From NCBI GenBank assembly GCA_964488745.1, contig CAZAVP010000009.1, positions 15,729 through 79,728 on the forward strand: a stretch of DNA of 64,000 nt, given 5' to 3'. The stretch comes from an uncultured Chryseobacterium sp. (lineage in GTDB: Bacteria > Bacteroidota > Bacteroidia > Flavobacteriales_D > Crocinitomicaceae). The notes beneath the pieces were generated by a model, which saw nothing but the letters and a program-made list of their open reading frames with translations, was not told the DNA's origin and made no database searches. Numbering within the stretch: the first letter of the stretch is position 1; every line of letters starts with the position of its first letter. Shown in pieces: positions 62,949-64,000 of this stretch. The position numbers were made by a program, and so were the translations under genes.

Positions 62949-64000
62949 ATGAACCGATTTCTGGTATTTTTAATTTTAGCAATTTCCTTTCTTTCAAGCG
63001 CTCAAACTTCTGAGAAATACAACAGCGATTATGCCGGTTTTTTTAGAGGAGAAAAACTGTTTGAAAAAGAACAATACGGAGCTGCTCGAAAAGAATTTAG
63101 AGATTTCATCCATGCTTTTGATCATAAGAACGATCCTCTTTATATCAAAGCATTGTATTATGAAGGGATTTCTGCGATTGAATTATACAACAACGACGGT
63201 TTGGTTTTATTAGAAAACTTTAATCGAAATTACCCCGAAAGCATTTATAAAACAAAAATTTACTACCGATTAGGTCGTTTTTACTTTCAGCAGAAAAAAT
63301 ACAAAGAAGCAGTTGCTTGGTTTGATAAGCTGCACCATTTAGACATGGAGGAAGATGATCGTAATGAGTATTACTTCAAGAAAGGTTATGCCAATTTTCA
63401 AGAAAAAAACTTTACAGAAGCCCGCTCTTCTTTTTACGAAGTGAAAGACACAACTTCTCAATACAGTTCTCCCTCTCTGTATTATTTTTCGCACATCGCT
63501 TACCAAGAAAAAGCCTATCAAACTGCTTTAGAGGGGTTTGAGAAGTTGTTAAGCGACGAACGGTTTAAAGAAGTTGTTCCTTATTACATTACACAGATTT
63601 ATTACTTGCAAGGGCGTTACGATGAAATTACGCGTTTCTCTCCTTTGTTGGTTGACGATGTGAAAAGTTCCAATACCAATAGCATGAATCATTTGATTGG
63701 AGATGCTTTTTACCGAGTTGGAAAATACGATGAGGCAGTTGCTTATCTTGAAAAATACAATGCCAAATCAAAAACCACACGGGGTGAAGATTATCAGTTA
63801 GGCTATGCATATTATCGCATTGGAGATTACTTGAAAGCAATTAAATTGTTTGATAACGTTTCACAAGAGAAAGATTCTCTCGGACAAATCGCATTTTATC
63901 ACGTAGGCGAATGTTATTTGAAGAGTGGTAATAATGTTTACGCTCGTACAGCTTTCGAAGCAGCTTCCAGAATAGATGTTGATAAAAAAATCCAAGAAGA
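62949..64000 (+). CDS. Tetratricopeptide-repeat protein, N-terminal part (continues past the window)
   Basis: My translation from ATG 62949 reads MNRFLVFLILAISFLSSAQ..., with repeated Y/A/L TPR-like helices. Open to the window end, and absent from the track because no stop falls in the window. Confidence 0.7.
   Translation, partial: MNRFLVFLILAISFLSSAQTSEKYNSDYAGFFRGEKLFEKEQYGAARKEFRDFIHAFDHKNDPLYIKALYYEGISAIELYNNDGLVLLENFNRNYPESIYKTKIYYRLGRFYFQQKKYKEAVAWFDKLHHLDMEEDDRNEYYFKKGYANFQEKNFTEARSSFYEVKDTTSQYSSPSLYYFSHIAYQEKAYQTALEGFEKLLSDERFKEVVPYYITQIYYLQGRYDEITRFSPLLVDDVKSSNTNSMNHLIGDAFYRVGKYDEAVAYLEKYNAKSKTTRGEDYQLGYAYYRIGDYLKAIKLFDNVSQEKDSLGQIAFYHVGECYLKSGNNVYARTAFEAASRIDVDKKIQE

Noticed and set aside
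1-64000. Search for CRISPR arrays, rRNA genes, additional tRNAs, integrases or transposases.
   Set aside because: None was seen by eye. The only tRNA-like T-loop (GGTTCGATTCC) is in tRNA-Phe, and no ORF shows integrase or transposase motifs. A tRNAscan/Infernal run could still find small RNAs I missed.

Overview
The window is a low-GC chromosomal segment. Gene content points to Bacteroidota, probably Flavobacteriia: T9SS type A and type B C-terminal sorting domains, many TonB-dependent receptors, a HmuY-type heme locus, and recurring TAnnTTTG promoter boxes. Most of it is core genome: DEAD-box helicase, tRNA-Phe, coaX, lptC-like, rpoN, glyQS, msrA, dprA, kdsB, dsbD, queD, folE, rplU, rpmA, serS and ftsE.

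The clearly accessory stretch lies downstream of serS, at about 36.2-42.7 kb. It holds:
- a 171-bp MITE flanked by target-site duplications;
- a PD-(D/E)XK (DUF1016/YhcG-like) nuclease gene broken by two +1 homopolymer frameshifts;
- an intact 862-aa ORF fusing an N-terminal PHP phosphoesterase to a Rad50/SbcC-like coiled-coil ABC ATPase;
- small exported orphan proteins;
- a GxxExxY gene bracketed by hairpin modules.

The PHP-ATPase fusion is my best candidate for an unusual or poorly described defence-type system.

Further downstream:
- An 8.3-kb heme-uptake operon carries two HmuY-like proteins, one of them T9SS-sorted.
- A second MITE copy (6 substitutions relative to the first) sits at 56.6 kb beside a decayed T9SS gene.
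- A 169-bp nested palindrome sits at 60.1 kb.

All calls rest on reading the supplied translations and the DNA by eye. No database search, HMM search or RNA folding was run, so family names are recognitions from motifs, not search results.
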